Origin: Synechococcus sp. UW140
GTDB lineage: Bacteria > Pseudomonadota > Gammaproteobacteria > Burkholderiales > Burkholderiaceae_C
Length of the DNA stretch: 64,000 nt
Assembly: GCA_943370905.1 (NCBI GenBank)
Contig: CALRSS020000003.1
Coordinates: forward strand, 172,183 to 236,182
Reading direction: 5' to 3'
The notes under the pieces are model-generated. The model did not search any database. It worked only from the letters and a program-made list of their open reading frames with translations, and had not been told where the DNA came from. Position numbers and translations under genes: made by a program. Numbering within the stretch: position 1 is the stretch's first letter; each line of letters starts with the position of its first letter. Below, in pieces: positions 36,360-46,503 of the stretch.

Positions 36360-37328
36360 TCAGATGTCTTCCAGCAGCGCATAGGGCAGGGGGAGCAGGG
36401 TCAAGACTGCGCCCGAGGCACTGCCCAGCGTCAGGCTACCGTCTGTCGCAGCGGCCGTCTGCATCGAGACGATGGCATCAAAACCACCAGCGGGATTTGC
36501 CGCCGCCGCTGCGACCAGGCCGCAGGGCTGCTCCGCATCGCTGGTGTGAAACACTTCTTGCCCCACCACCGGCTCGGCAGTGGTGTGCACGACGTAAGCC
36601 CGGCGCTTGAGGGTGCCGCGGAACTGGCTGCGCGCCACCACTTCCTGGCCGGGGTAGCAACCCTTCTTGAAGCTCACGCCGCCGATCGATTCGTAGTTCA
36701 GCATCTGCGGCACAAAGGCTTCGAACACGGGCTGGGTCACCATGGCGATGCCGGACTGGACTTCCAGCCATTGCCACGCGGTCAGACTGAGCGGGTTCGC
36801 GCCGGGCATATCGGGTACATCCGGCAGCGGCGTAGCGATGGGGGCCAGCCAGATCAGGCGCGGCACGCCGGCGGCTGCAGGCAGTGTGACGAGACTGGCA
36901 TCGCCCGCTTCGGCGATTGTCCAGGCCGCGGCTGCGTTCCCGGCCACTGCCTTGGCGGCTGCGCCGGCAGCGCCGTACAGCAGCGTCTCGGCTGTCGCGT
37001 CCGTCAGTTTGGCCTTGGCGCGCAGCACAAACATCGACAGCCGCTTGAGCGTGGTCTGGAGCAGGTCGCGGCTGCAGATCAGCAGCACGTCCTCCGGACC
37101 GCGCTTGAGCATGATGAAACTGGCCTGCAGCCGCCCCTTGGCATTGCAAAACCCGGCCAGACGCGCCTGCGAGTCCGGCATGAGCGCCACATCCTGCGTG
37201 AGCTGGCCCTGCAGAAACGACACGGCGTCGGCGCCAGCCACGCGGATCACACCCAGGTGCGTGAGGGCCGTCAGGCCTGACAGGTCATGGGGAATGTCCA
37301 GGGTGGATGCGTGGGCTGGGGCGTTCAT
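36360..37328 (-). CDS. ygfZ: YgfZ folate-binding protein
   Basis: FLQGQLTQD and KGCYPGQEVVAR signature. Confidence 0.93.
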   Translation of the reverse strand: MNAPAHASTLDIPHDLSGLTALTHLGVIRVAGADAVSFLQGQLTQDVALMPDSQARLAGFCNAKGRLQASFIMLKRGPEDVLLICSRDLLQTTLKRLSMFVLRAKAKLTDATAETLLYGAAGAAAKAVAGNAAAAWTIAEAGDASLVTLPAAAGVPRLIWLAPIATPLPDVPDMPGANPLSLTAWQWLEVQSGIAMVTQPVFEAFVPQMLNYESIGGVSFKKGCYPGQEVVARSQFRGTLKRRAYVVHTTAEPVVGQEVFHTSDAEQPCGLVAAAAANPAGGFDAIVSMQTAAATDGSLTLGSASGAVLTLLPLPYALLEDI

Positions 37329-37413
37329 GGGGGCATTCAGGTTCGGGGCGGGGAGGGCTGAATTATCATCGCTTGGTACACAGGGCGATGCCCCTGGAAA
37401 AGGTAGCTGGGTC

Positions 37414-38427
37414 GTGCGTCGTGTTTTTGCAAGTCTTCTGAGTCTGGTTTTTGTGGGTGCGCTGGTGCTGTTCGGTGCCGCGCTGTGGTGGCTGCACGAG
37501 CCCCTGAACCTGCAAACCCCGCTTGGCAATGCCGTGCTGGACCTGGAAATCGAGCCTGGTACCCCGGCCAGCGGGGTGGCCGAAGCGGTGGTGCTCAGTG
37601 GCGTGAAAACACCCGTGCTGCTGCTGCAGGCCTGGTTTCGCCTGTCGGGGCAGGCCCGGATGATCAAGGCGGGCAGCTACGAAATAGCGCCTGGCACCAC
37701 GCCGCGCAGGCTGCTGAGCATGCTGGTGCGTGGCGAGGAGGCCCTGAAAAGCGTCACGCTGGTGGAGGGCTGGACCTTTGCCCAGGTACGCATGGCCTTG
37801 CAAAAAGCCGAGCAATTGGTGCCAGATACCGCCGGCCTTCCGCCCGCGGCCATCATGGAAAAGCTGGGTAAACCCGGTGTGCACCCCGAAGGCCGGTTTT
37901 TCCCTGACACCTATACCTACGCCAAGGGCTCCAGCGATCTGGCGGTGCTCAAGCGTGCGGCCCGTGCGATGGACAAGCGGCTGGGTGCAGCCTGGGCCCA
38001 GCGCAAAGCTGATTCGCCGCTCAGGACCCCCGACGAAGCGCTGATCCTCGCCAGCATCATCGAGAAGGAAACCGGCAAGCCTGCCGACAGGCCTCAAATT
38101 GGCGGGGTGTTCGTGAACCGCCTGCGCGTCGGCATGCTGCTGCAGACGGACCCGACCGTCATTTACGGCATGGGCGAGCGCTTCGACGGCAACCTGCGCA
38201 AGCGCGACCTGCAGGCCGACACCCCCTACAACACCTACACCCGTGCCGGTTTGCCACCCACACCGATTGCCATGCCGGGCCGTGCCGCTCTGCTGGCCGC
38301 CGTGCAGCCGGCACTGACCAAGGCACTGTATTTCGTCTCTCGCAACGACGGCACGGGCAGCAGTTATTTCAGCGACAGCCTGGAAGAACACAACCGCGCC
38401 GTGAACAAGTTCATCCGCAACCGATAA
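37414..38427 (+). CDS. mltG: Endolytic transglycosylase MltG
   Basis: N-terminal [36 protein letters not shown]; GTG start inferred. Confidence 0.93.
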   Translation: MRRVFASLLSLVFVGALVLFGAALWWLHEPLNLQTPLGNAVLDLEIEPGTPASGVAEAVVLSGVKTPVLLLQAWFRLSGQARMIKAGSYEIAPGTTPRRLLSMLVRGEEALKSVTLVEGWTFAQVRMALQKAEQLVPDTAGLPPAAIMEKLGKPGVHPEGRFFPDTYTYAKGSSDLAVLKRAARAMDKRLGAAWAQRKADSPLRTPDEALILASIIEKETGKPADRPQIGGVFVNRLRVGMLLQTDPTVIYGMGERFDGNLRKRDLQADTPYNTYTRAGLPPTPIAMPGRAALLAAVQPALTKALYFVSRNDGTGSSYFSDSLEEHNRAVNKFIRNR

Positions 38428-38441
38428 GGCCGAAGGCAGCG

Positions 38442-39176
38442 ATGAACCCGACCCACACGACCCACCCGGCACACACCATGCACGGGCTGTTCATCAGCTT
38501 TGAAGGCATTGACGGCGCGGGCAAGTCCACCCACATCGCCGGCCTGGCCGACGCTTTCCGGGCCGAGGGCAGGGTGGTGACGCTCACCCGTGAACCCGGT
38601 GGAACGCCGCTGGCCGAGAAGTTGCGCAGCCTGGTCCTCAACGACGCGATGGACCCGCTGACGGAGTCCCTGCTGGTGTTTGCGGCACGCCGCGATCACC
38701 TGCTCCAGGTCATCGTGCCGGCCCTGCTGCGCGGCGAGGTGGTGCTGTGCGACCGCTTCACCGACGCCACCTTTGCCTACCAGGGAGGAGGGCGCGGGTT
38801 CGACCTGGCCGTGCTCGGCACGCTGGAGCGGTGGGTGCAATCTGACGAAGGTCTGCTGGGCGACCCGGCTGGCAACCGGCCCATGCGGCCCGAGGTGGAA
38901 ACCGTGGTCGAGCCGCACCTGACCGTGTGGTTCGACCTGCAGCCAGAAGAGGCCGCCACGCGGCTGGCCGGCGCCCGTTTGCCCGACAAGTTTGAAGCGC
39001 AGCCGGTGGAGTTTTTCCGCCGGGTGGCCAAGGGCTATGCCGACCGGCAACTAGGCCACCCGGAGCGCTTTGCCCGGATTGACGCCTCCCAAAGCCGCGA
39101 TGCCGTCTGGCTGGCGGTGCGGCAGGTGTTCGAGGCCAAGGGCTGGTTACAGGCCGTGGGCGAGGCACCGTCATGA
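38442..39176 (+). CDS. tmk: Thymidylate kinase
   Basis: [22 protein letters not shown]. Confidence 0.95.
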   Translation: MNPTHTTHPAHTMHGLFISFEGIDGAGKSTHIAGLADAFRAEGRVVTLTREPGGTPLAEKLRSLVLNDAMDPLTESLLVFAARRDHLLQVIVPALLRGEVVLCDRFTDATFAYQGGGRGFDLAVLGTLERWVQSDEGLLGDPAGNRPMRPEVETVVEPHLTVWFDLQPEEAATRLAGARLPDKFEAQPVEFFRRVAKGYADRQLGHPERFARIDASQSRDAVWLAVRQVFEAKGWLQAVGEAPS

Positions 39177-40288
39177 GCCAGAGCAAGCTGGCGCCCTGGT
39201 TGCAAACCCAGCTGGAAAGCCTGCTGGTGCAGCGTGGCCATGCCTGGCTGTTGACCGGGCCTTCGGGGCTTGGCCAGTTCGAACTGGCGTTGGCGCTGGC
39301 GCGTGCCTGGCTCTGCGAGCAGCCCACGCCGCAGGGGGCCTGTGGCCATTGCGGCAGTTGCCACGCGGTGGAGGTTCACACCCATGCCGACCTGTGCATG
39401 CTGATGCCGGAGACCCTGACTTTGGCCCTGGGCTGGCCGCTCGACGAAAAAACGCAGGACGACCTCGACAGCAAAAAACGCAAGCCCAGCAAGGAAATCA
39501 AGGTCGATGCCGCGCGCGAAGCGGTGTCTTTCACCCAGTTCACCCGGTCCCGCGGCAACACCAAGGTGGTGCTGGTGTTTCCCGCCGAGCGCATGAACCA
39601 CGTGACCGCGAACACCTTGCTCAAGACACTGGAAGAGCCCCCTGGCGAAGTCCGCTTCATCCTGGCCACGGAGGCGGCGCACCAGCTGCTCCCCACCATT
39701 CGCAGCCGCTGCCTGACGCACACCCTGACCTGGCCTGATGCTGCCCAGGCGCTGGCGTGGCTGGCGCAGGAAACTGCCCACGCTGATACCTCGGCTAAAA
39801 AGCCGGTCAAAGTGCCGCAGGCTGGCGATTTGCAGACCCTGCTCACTGCCTCGGGAGGGCGCCCGGCAGATGCACTGGCTTGGGCCCAGGCCACGCCCGC
39901 CGCCGAGGCTGCCAGCCAGTGGCAGGCCTTGCCGCAGGCCATCGTGCGCGGTGACGTGTCGGCATTGGCCGACTGGACGCCGGCGCAGGTGGTCGATGCG
40001 CTGCAAAAACTTTGCCACGACATGCTGGCTTTGCGCGTCGGGGCTGCCCCCCGGTTTTTCCGGATCGAGGATCTTCCGGCGCGCAGCAAGGCAGGCTCAG
40101 GCCAGCGTGCGCCTGCTGCGCCGCCTGCTTCTGGCAGCTTCAACGCCCCGGTACCCGCGGGGCTCTACCCGCTGGTCAGTTGGTCGCGCGAACTGACCAC
40201 GCTCGCCCGTACTGTGGAGCACCCCTACAACCCGGGGCTGATGCTGGAATCACTGGTCAGCCGGGCCCAGCTCGCGCTCAATGCGTGA
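39173..40288 (+). CDS. holB: DNA polymerase III delta-prime subunit
   Basis: CGHCGSC Zn motif, [20 protein letters not shown]. Confidence 0.95.
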   Translation: MSQSKLAPWLQTQLESLLVQRGHAWLLTGPSGLGQFELALALARAWLCEQPTPQGACGHCGSCHAVEVHTHADLCMLMPETLTLALGWPLDEKTQDDLDSKKRKPSKEIKVDAAREAVSFTQFTRSRGNTKVVLVFPAERMNHVTANTLLKTLEEPPGEVRFILATEAAHQLLPTIRSRCLTHTLTWPDAAQALAWLAQETAHADTSAKKPVKVPQAGDLQTLLTASGGRPADALAWAQATPAAEAASQWQALPQAIVRGDVSALADWTPAQVVDALQKLCHDMLALRVGAAPRFFRIEDLPARSKAGSGQRAPAAPPASGSFNAPVPAGLYPLVSWSRELTTLARTVEHPYNPGLMLESLVSRAQLALNA

Positions 40289-40318
40289 CATGGACGCTCA
40301 AACCGATAAACTACGGGC

Positions 40319-40696
40319 ATGAGCACCGCCCCCCCCGCCAGTCCCGCCGCCAGCAGCGCCCGACCCAGCGTGGTGCAGCTGGCCATCAAGGAAAAAGCCG
40401 CCCTTTATGCCGCCTACATCCCGCTTTTCAAGGAAGGCGGCATGTTCATTCCAACGGTGCGCGACTACAAGCTCGGTGACGACATCTATGTGCTGTTGAC
40501 ACTGCCGGAAGACACCCAGCGTTACCCGGTGGCCGGCAAAGTGGCCTGGGTCACCCCGGCGCGGGCTGCAGGCAATCGCACCCAGGGCGTCGGCGTGCGC
40601 TTCCCTTCTGACGACAAATCCCGTCTGCTCAAGCTCAAGATCGAGGAAATTCTCGGCGCGCATCTGGCGTCCGAGCGCCCGACGCAAACCATCTAG
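40319..40696 (+). CDS. pilZ: Type IV pilus PilZ protein
   Basis: LYAAYIPLFKEGGMFIPT, VAWVTP; conserved position after holB. Confidence 0.9.
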   Translation: MSTAPPASPAASSARPSVVQLAIKEKAALYAAYIPLFKEGGMFIPTVRDYKLGDDIYVLLTLPEDTQRYPVAGKVAWVTPARAAGNRTQGVGVRFPSDDKSRLLKLKIEEILGAHLASERPTQTI

Positions 40697-40783
40697 GGCC
40701 CCACGGGCTTGTGGATGCGGGGCGGCTGCCCCCTGCAGACTGATCTGCACACTTGCTTTTCTCCATGACCACCCTCTGATTGC

Positions 40784-41578
40784 ATGTTCACCGATTCCCA
40801 TTGCCACCTGAGTTTTCTGGAGCTGCAGGCCCAGTTGCCTGAAATCCGTGCTGCCATGGCGGCAGCCCAGGTCGACCGCGCGCTTTGCATCTGCACCACG
40901 CTGGAAGAGTTCGAGACCGTGCACGGCCTGGCCACCACCTACGACAACTTCTGGTCCACCGTCGGCGTGCACCCGGACAACGAAGACGTGCAGGAGCCCA
41001 CGTTCGATGACCTGGTACAGCGCGCGGCCCGCCCAAGGGTCGTGGGTATTGGCGAAACCGGCCTTGATTACTACCGGCTGGGCGAGCGTACCGTGGCGGA
41101 CATGGCGTGGCAGCGCGAGCGGTTTCGGGTGCACATCCGGGCCGCCCGGGCGACCGGCAAACCACTGGTGATCCACACGCGCAGTGCATCTGACGACACC
41201 TTGGCCATCCTCAAGGAAGAGGGCGAGGGCGGGGATTTGCCGCCAGCCCGCGGTGTTTTCCATTGCTTCACCGAGACCGAGGCAGTGGCCCGTGCGGCGC
41301 TCGACCTCGGTTTTTACATTTCGTTTTCCGGCATCCTGACCTTCAAAAGCGCCGCCGACTTGCGCGAAGTGGCCCGCTTTGTACCGCTGGACCGCATGCT
41401 GATCGAGACCGACAGCCCCTACCTGGCACCCATGCCCTACCGCGGCAAAACCAACAACCCGTCCTATGTGCCCTTTGTCGCCAAGCAACTCGCAGAACTC
41501 AAGCAACAGCCCATTTCCGTGATTGCCGAGGCGACCAGCCGTAATTTCGACGACTTGTTTACCGGGGTGACGGCATGA
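40784..41578 (+). CDS. tatD: TatD-family hydrolase (YcfH-like)
   Basis: DSHCHL, GETGLDY, IHTR, HCF, ETDSPYLAP. Confidence 0.93.
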   Translation: MFTDSHCHLSFLELQAQLPEIRAAMAAAQVDRALCICTTLEEFETVHGLATTYDNFWSTVGVHPDNEDVQEPTFDDLVQRAARPRVVGIGETGLDYYRLGERTVADMAWQRERFRVHIRAARATGKPLVIHTRSASDDTLAILKEEGEGGDLPPARGVFHCFTETEAVARAALDLGFYISFSGILTFKSAADLREVARFVPLDRMLIETDSPYLAPMPYRGKTNNPSYVPFVAKQLAELKQQPISVIAEATSRNFDDLFTGVTA

Positions 41579-42246
41579 CGATAAACCTGAGAAAATACAT
41601 TCAATATGTCATATATGGCATTGTTTTAATTGGATTTAATGTTTCTCACGCAGGATCGTACGACGACTTTTTCACTGCCATCAAACGGGACGATTCACGC
41701 ACCATCCAGAACCTGCTCAGGCGCGGTTTTGACCCCAACACCATGGGACCGAGCGGTCAGCAAGGGCTGTTCGAGGCACTCAGGGAGCCGTCCCTGGAGG
41801 CACTCAAAGTGCTGGTTGACTGGCCCAAGACCGATGTCAACGCCTTGAATGCCAAGGGCGAAAGCGCCCTCATGCTGGCCGCCATCAAGGGCCAGCAGGC
41901 CATTGCCGAAAAACTGATCCAGCGCGGCGCCGACGTCAACAAGACCGGCTGGACGCCGCTGCATTACGCTGCCAGTGGCGACCATCTGCCCATGATCAGC
42001 CTGCTGCTGGAAAACCACGCCTATATCGACGCCGAGTCACCCAACCACACCACGCCCTTGATGATGGCCGCGATGTACGGTACAGCCGCTGCTGTGAAGC
42101 TGCTGATCGAAGAAGGCGCGGACCCGCAGCTAAAAAACGAACAGGGTCTGACTGCCATTGAGTTCGCCCAACGCGCCAACCGACAGGATGTGGCCAACGC
42201 CATTGCTGCGGCCATCCGCGGAAAGCGTCCAGCGGGACAGTGGTAG
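41575..42246 (+). CDS. Secreted ankyrin repeat protein
   Basis: GESALMLAA, GWTPLHYAA, TTPLMMAA ankyrin repeats; signal-like N-terminus. Confidence 0.92.
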   Translation: MTINLRKYIQYVIYGIVLIGFNVSHAGSYDDFFTAIKRDDSRTIQNLLRRGFDPNTMGPSGQQGLFEALREPSLEALKVLVDWPKTDVNALNAKGESALMLAAIKGQQAIAEKLIQRGADVNKTGWTPLHYAASGDHLPMISLLLENHAYIDAESPNHTTPLMMAAMYGTAAAVKLLIEEGADPQLKNEQGLTAIEFAQRANRQDVANAIAAAIRGKRPAGQW

Positions 42247-42342
42247 CCGTCGCGTCTGACCAGCAAGCGCTTGGAGGCGGGGTTTTATGGGCGGGTCGTG
42301 TGCAGGGGGCTGGACTTCAGAGTACCTTTGAATATCTTACTA

Positions 42343-42370
42343 ATGTTCCACGATGTATATTATGTTAACT
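42343..42370 (+). other. dif: dif-like XerCD recombination site (replication terminus)
   Basis: ATGTTCCACGA-TGTATA-TTATGTTAACT versus E. coli GGTGCGCATAA-TGTATA-TTATGTTAAAT: spacer identical, XerD arm 10/11. Intergenic and AT-rich; KOPS polarity flips here. Confidence 0.8.
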
Positions 42371-42577
42371 ATTAAATTTGAATCCAGCACGTGAGCCTGT
42401 GAAGCCTTCAATGGGATCCGTCCCCCGCTTCCCTGTGGCAACTCCGTAAGCCGGAGCCTCGCCGCCGCCTTGCTGTGACAAACAACCCATCTGCGAGTGG
42501 CGTCGCGTCCTTGCCCCGAATACCGACTTGTTTGCGTTGCCTCAAACCACGCGATCATGGCCGTCCTAGGATGAGCC

Positions 42578-43936
42578 ATGAAGCTTCAATTCCTCGGCGC
42601 GACCGACACCGTCACAGGCTCCAAGTACCTTCTGGAAAACCAGCACGCCAGGGTTCTGGTCGACTGCGGCCTGTTTCAGGGTTACAAGCAGCTCAGGCTG
42701 CGCAACTGGTCGCCGCCGCCTGTCAGGCCGTCGTCCGTCAATGCTGTGATCCTGACCCACGCGCACATTGACCACAGCGGTTATTTGCCCCTGCTGGTGC
42801 GCCAGGGGTTTCGCGGGCGGGTGTTCTGTACATCGGCGACCGCCGACCTTTGCCGCATCCTGCTGCCTGATTGCGGCCATCTGCTGGAGGAAGAGGCCGA
42901 GTACATGAACCGGCACAAGCTCTCGAAGCACTCACCCGCCCTGCCCCTTTACACCCGCGATGATGCGATGCGTTGCCTAGAGCACCTCGAAGCCGTTCCC
43001 AGCGGGAAGGACTGGTCGCCAGCGGATGGATTGACCGCCAGCCTGCAGCCTTCGGGGCACATGCCGGGCTCGTCCTTTGTGCGGATCGACAACGGGCAGC
43101 GCTCCATCCTGTTTTCCGGAGATATCGGCCGGCCCAACGACATGGTGCTCAACGCTCCGGCGAGGGTGGACGGTGCGGACTATCTGGTGGTCGAGTCCAC
43201 CTACGGCGACCGGCTGCACAAGAACGCGAATTTGCTGGACGACCTGGCGGATGTCATCAACCGTACCGCCGCGCGCGGCGGTGTCGTGGTGATTCCCGCG
43301 TTTGCCGTCGGCCGGGCCCAGAGCCTGATGTACTGCATGCACCTGCTCAAGTCGCGCGGCGCCATTCCCAACCTGCCGGTGTATCTGAACAGCCCGATGG
43401 CCGCCAGCGCGACGCAGGTCTACCTGCGGCATGCGGCCGAACTGCGGCTCACCCGTGCGGAATGCGAGGCCATGGCGCATGCCGCGCATGTGATCCACAC
43501 ACCGGAAGAATCGCGCGAGCTCAATGCCCGGCATGGACCGATGGTCATCATTGCGGCCAGCGGCATGGCCACCGGTGGGCGGGTGGTCCACCACATCAAG
43601 GCTTTTGCCCCGGACCGGCGCAACACCATCTTGTTTGCGGGCTACCAGGCCGGCGGCACCCGGGGTGCAACGATTGCCGGTGGCGCTGCCACCGTCAGGA
43701 TATTCGGGGAAGACGTGCCCATCCGCGCCGAAGTGGCCATCCTGGACCACCTGTCAGCCCACGCGGATGCGGCCGAGATCATCCAGTGGCTGCGCGGATT
43801 TACCTCCGCGCCCCGCAAGACCTTCATCACCCATGGTGAGCCAGCCGCTGCCGATGCCATGCGCCTGCGCATCGAGCGCGAATTGAACTGGTCTTGCCAC
43901 ATGCCGTTTTACCTCGAATCTGTGGCGCTGGATTGA
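42578..43936 (+). CDS. MBL-fold / beta-CASP metallo-hydrolase (putative ribonuclease)
   Basis: THAHIDHSG, SGDIG, ESTYG, PAFAVGR, SAHAD, HGE. Confidence 0.9.
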   Translation: MKLQFLGATDTVTGSKYLLENQHARVLVDCGLFQGYKQLRLRNWSPPPVRPSSVNAVILTHAHIDHSGYLPLLVRQGFRGRVFCTSATADLCRILLPDCGHLLEEEAEYMNRHKLSKHSPALPLYTRDDAMRCLEHLEAVPSGKDWSPADGLTASLQPSGHMPGSSFVRIDNGQRSILFSGDIGRPNDMVLNAPARVDGADYLVVESTYGDRLHKNANLLDDLADVINRTAARGGVVVIPAFAVGRAQSLMYCMHLLKSRGAIPNLPVYLNSPMAASATQVYLRHAAELRLTRAECEAMAHAAHVIHTPEESRELNARHGPMVIIAASGMATGGRVVHHIKAFAPDRRNTILFAGYQAGGTRGATIAGGAATVRIFGEDVPIRAEVAILDHLSAHADAAEIIQWLRGFTSAPRKTFITHGEPAAADAMRLRIERELNWSCHMPFYLESVALD

Positions 43937-43982
43937 CGGCAAGCCGCGTCAATTGGCACTGGCTGACCACCCAAAGGTCTTG

Positions 43983-43996
43983 TTGCTCCAGATCAA
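43983..43996. promoter_or_regulatory. FNR box
   Basis: TTGCT-CCAG-ATCAA, 9/10 to TTGAT-N4-ATCAA; about 60 bp upstream of the DksA-like gene. Confidence 0.6.
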
Positions 43997-44049
43997 AAAC
44001 AGACGCGTGGCATCGGCTCAAAATGGTTTTTCCTTGATCCGGGAGACAC

Positions 44050-44439
44050 ATGATGGACACCTATGACAGCACACTGCTTCCTTATTTCACCGGACGCCTG
44101 ACCGACTGCGAGGCCGATCTGCTGCGTGTGCTGCAACGTGCGGACCTGGCCATGGAGTTGCGCCGCTACGAGAGCGACCATGGCGTCACCGACCTCAAGG
44201 CCATGGCTTCTGACGACGCCACCGAAACGGTCAATGAAGCAGAAGCCGAGCACGCGGCCCACGCGCTCGAAGAGGTTCTGGCCGCTCGCGCGCGGTTGGC
44301 AGACGGGAGTTACGGCCTGTGCCTGGCCTGTGGCGAACCCATCGACCTGAGACGCCTCAAGGCACTTCCGGCCGCGGCGTTGTGCACTGCTTGCCAGGAG
44401 GTGCATGAGCGGGCGGATCTGCGGCACCCCTTGCACTGA
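44050..44439 (+). CDS. DksA/TraR-family C4 zinc-finger protein
   Basis: GSYGLCLACGEPI...RL.ALP...CTACQ zinc finger after a coiled coil. Confidence 0.88.
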   Translation: MMDTYDSTLLPYFTGRLTDCEADLLRVLQRADLAMELRRYESDHGVTDLKAMASDDATETVNEAEAEHAAHALEEVLAARARLADGSYGLCLACGEPIDLRRLKALPAAALCTACQEVHERADLRHPLH

Positions 44440-44490
44440 CGCCCATCTTGCGGGTTGGCCCTCGACCTCGCGGGTCGGCTCAGGGCGTGT

Positions 44491-45282
44491 TCAGTGCACG
44501 CGCGTGCCGAAGGCGCGGGTCAGACCCTCAATGTCAATGATGCGGATGTGGCGCTTGTCCACGTCGAGCAGGCGCTGATGGTGAAGCGCAGAAAAAGTCC
44601 GGCTCACCGTCTCCAGCTTCATGCCGAGGTAGCTGCCGATCTCGGCGCGTGACATCCGCAGGTTGAATTCACTGGGCGAATAGCCCCTGGCCTTCAGGCG
44701 CTGCGACAGGTTTAGCAAAAACGCGGCCAGTCGCTCTTCGGCGTTCATGCTGCCCAGCAGCAGCATCAGGCCGTGCTCCCGCACAATCTCCCGGCTCATC
44801 AGGCGGCTCACGGCGTGCTGCATGCTCGGCTTGCCGGCCGACATCTCGGTGAGGTGCAGATAGGGAATCGCGCACACCTCGGTGTCTTCAAGCGCAATGG
44901 CACTGCTGGCGTGTGTGCCCTGCGCTACCCCGTCCAGCCCCATCATTTCCCCCGCCATGTAAAACCCGCTGACCTGTTCACGGCCATCGGACAGCATCAG
45001 ACTGGACTTGAAGGTGCCCATGCGTACCGCGTAGATGAATTCAAACCGGTCGCCTTCCCTGTAGAGGGTCTGCCCTGCCTTGATGCGACGTTGCCGGAAC
45101 TGGAGTTCGTCCAGCCGCTGCAAGTCGACGCCCGACATGTCGCCGGGCAGGCAGATGTCGCGCAGATGGCAGGCCGAGCAGGCCGTCGTCACCGGCGAGG
45201 CCACGGGTCTGAACGTGCCGGACCCCGACAAAGCCGTGGTGGAAATCGGCTGGGGACGGTACTCGAGCGTGGAAACGGACAT
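44491..45282 (-). CDS. fnr: FNR-type [4Fe-4S] transcription regulator
   Basis: CSACHLRDIC (Cx2Cx5C) plus EVCAIP fourth Cys; ETVSR recognition helix. Confidence 0.9.
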   Translation of the reverse strand: MSVSTLEYRPQPISTTALSGSGTFRPVASPVTTACSACHLRDICLPGDMSGVDLQRLDELQFRQRRIKAGQTLYREGDRFEFIYAVRMGTFKSSLMLSDGREQVSGFYMAGEMMGLDGVAQGTHASSAIALEDTEVCAIPYLHLTEMSAGKPSMQHAVSRLMSREIVREHGLMLLLGSMNAEERLAAFLLNLSQRLKARGYSPSEFNLRMSRAEIGSYLGMKLETVSRTFSALHHQRLLDVDKRHIRIIDIEGLTRAFGTRVH

Positions 45283-45315
45283 GGTATGTTTCTCCAGAAT
45301 GACCAGGTTGAAATC

Positions 45316-45720
45316 TCAGCGGACCCGATGGAGCGATGCCTTGGCCACCACCGGGGCCAGGCGCTCAATCTCGATGCTTTTGTCCAGGAAGTCTTCGGCG
45401 CCTCCTTCGAGGTAGCGCTTGCGGCAAGCCGGCTCCACGTTGTTGCTGAACACGATGAAGGCAATGCCCGGATCGGTCCCCCGTACGGCGTTGAGCACTT
45501 GCAGGCCGGTGCCACCTTCGAGCTGGGCGTCCAGCACCACCACATCCGGCCGGGTCGCGAGAATGCCGTCGATTGATGCCTTCGGAGTTGCTGCCTCGCC
45601 GGCAATCGTCATGCCGTAGGCCGTCAGCAGGGCGGCCACCCGCGAGCGGACGGGAAGCGAGTCTTCGGCCAGGAAAACCTTGGCGGGAAGCGTGCAGACG
45701 GTGGTCGGTGCCATGTCCAT
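45316..45720 (-). CDS. Single-domain response regulator
   Basis: FLAEDS, VVLDAQLEGGTG, FLDKS; start at 45720 or 45750. Confidence 0.85.
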   Translation of the reverse strand: MDMAPTTVCTLPAKVFLAEDSLPVRSRVAALLTAYGMTIAGEAATPKASIDGILATRPDVVVLDAQLEGGTGLQVLNAVRGTDPGIAFIVFSNNVEPACRKRYLEGGAEDFLDKSIEIERLAPVVAKASLHRVR

Positions 45721-45858
45721 ACTGTCGCTGACAGCATGGCCGCGCACCATCAGCCGCGTCTGAACCTGCGCCTAGGGATAGTCCGGAACGGCAAGGGTGA
45801 TTGTCTGAGGCGGACTAGGAATTTTCCGAGTGCCAGCCCAGGCGGGCGGGTGCGAATG

Positions 45859-46503
45859 TCAGGTTTGCAGGTCGTCGGCCAGACCGTTTTTCAGGGCGTA
45901 GCGGATCAGTTCACTCTGGTTTTGAAAACCCATTTTCTGCATCAGGTTGGCCTTGTGGGTGCTGATGGTCTTGACCGACAGGTTCAGAAGGCCAGCGATG
46001 TCCGTGACCGAGAAGCCCGCAGCAATCATCCGGAAGACTTCGAACTCCCGGTCCGACAGGGCTTCGTGCGGCACTGCATTGGAGCCGGGCATGGCGCCAC
46101 GCGCGAGCTGTTCAGCGACATCAGCCGTGATGTAGGCACCGCCCGAGGCCACTTTTCGCAAAGCCTCCACCAGTTGGGATGGCGCGCTTTCCTTCGTGAG
46201 GTAGCCGTTGGCGCCGGACTTGATGGCCCGGATGGCGTACTGCAGCTCCTGGTGCATGCTCAGGACCAGAATGTGAAGCTTGGGTTTTTCGCTGCGGACG
46301 TAGCGTATCAACTCCATGCCGCTGCGTCCGGGCATGGACAGGTCCAGCACCAGGACGTCGAATTCCAGCTCGCGCGTGCATTGCATGACTTGCGCGCCGT
46401 TGGCCGCTTCGCCGGCAACGGTCATGTCTTTGGCAGAGGCAACAATGCGCTTGAGGCCTTCCCGCACGATTGCATGGTCATCGGCAATCACGATCCTGAT
46501 CAT
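45859..46503 (-). CDS. NarL/UvrY-type response regulator
   Basis: IADDHAIVREGL, LDLSMPG, YLTKES, LSDREFEV HTH. Confidence 0.95.
   Translation of the reverse strand: MIRIVIADDHAIVREGLKRIVASAKDMTVAGEAANGAQVMQCTRELEFDVLVLDLSMPGRSGMELIRYVRSEKPKLHILVLSMHQELQYAIRAIKSGANGYLTKESAPSQLVEALRKVASGGAYITADVAEQLARGAMPGSNAVPHEALSDREFEVFRMIAAGFSVTDIAGLLNLSVKTISTHKANLMQKMGFQNQSELIRYALKNGLADDLQT

Noticed and set aside
36360-38427. Extended ygfZ (to 37667) and mltG (from 36742) ORFs
   Set aside because: The extensions overlap each other head-to-head; starts near 37328 and 37414 remove the overlap.
38841-38910. Extra loop in Tmk ([23 protein letters not shown])
   Set aside because: Not palindromic and no similarity to the tex element; looks like ordinary loop variation.
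42247-42577. tRNA or integrated element after the ankyrin gene
   Set aside because: No cloverleaf or TTCGAATC arm; no integrase or flanking direct repeat in the window.
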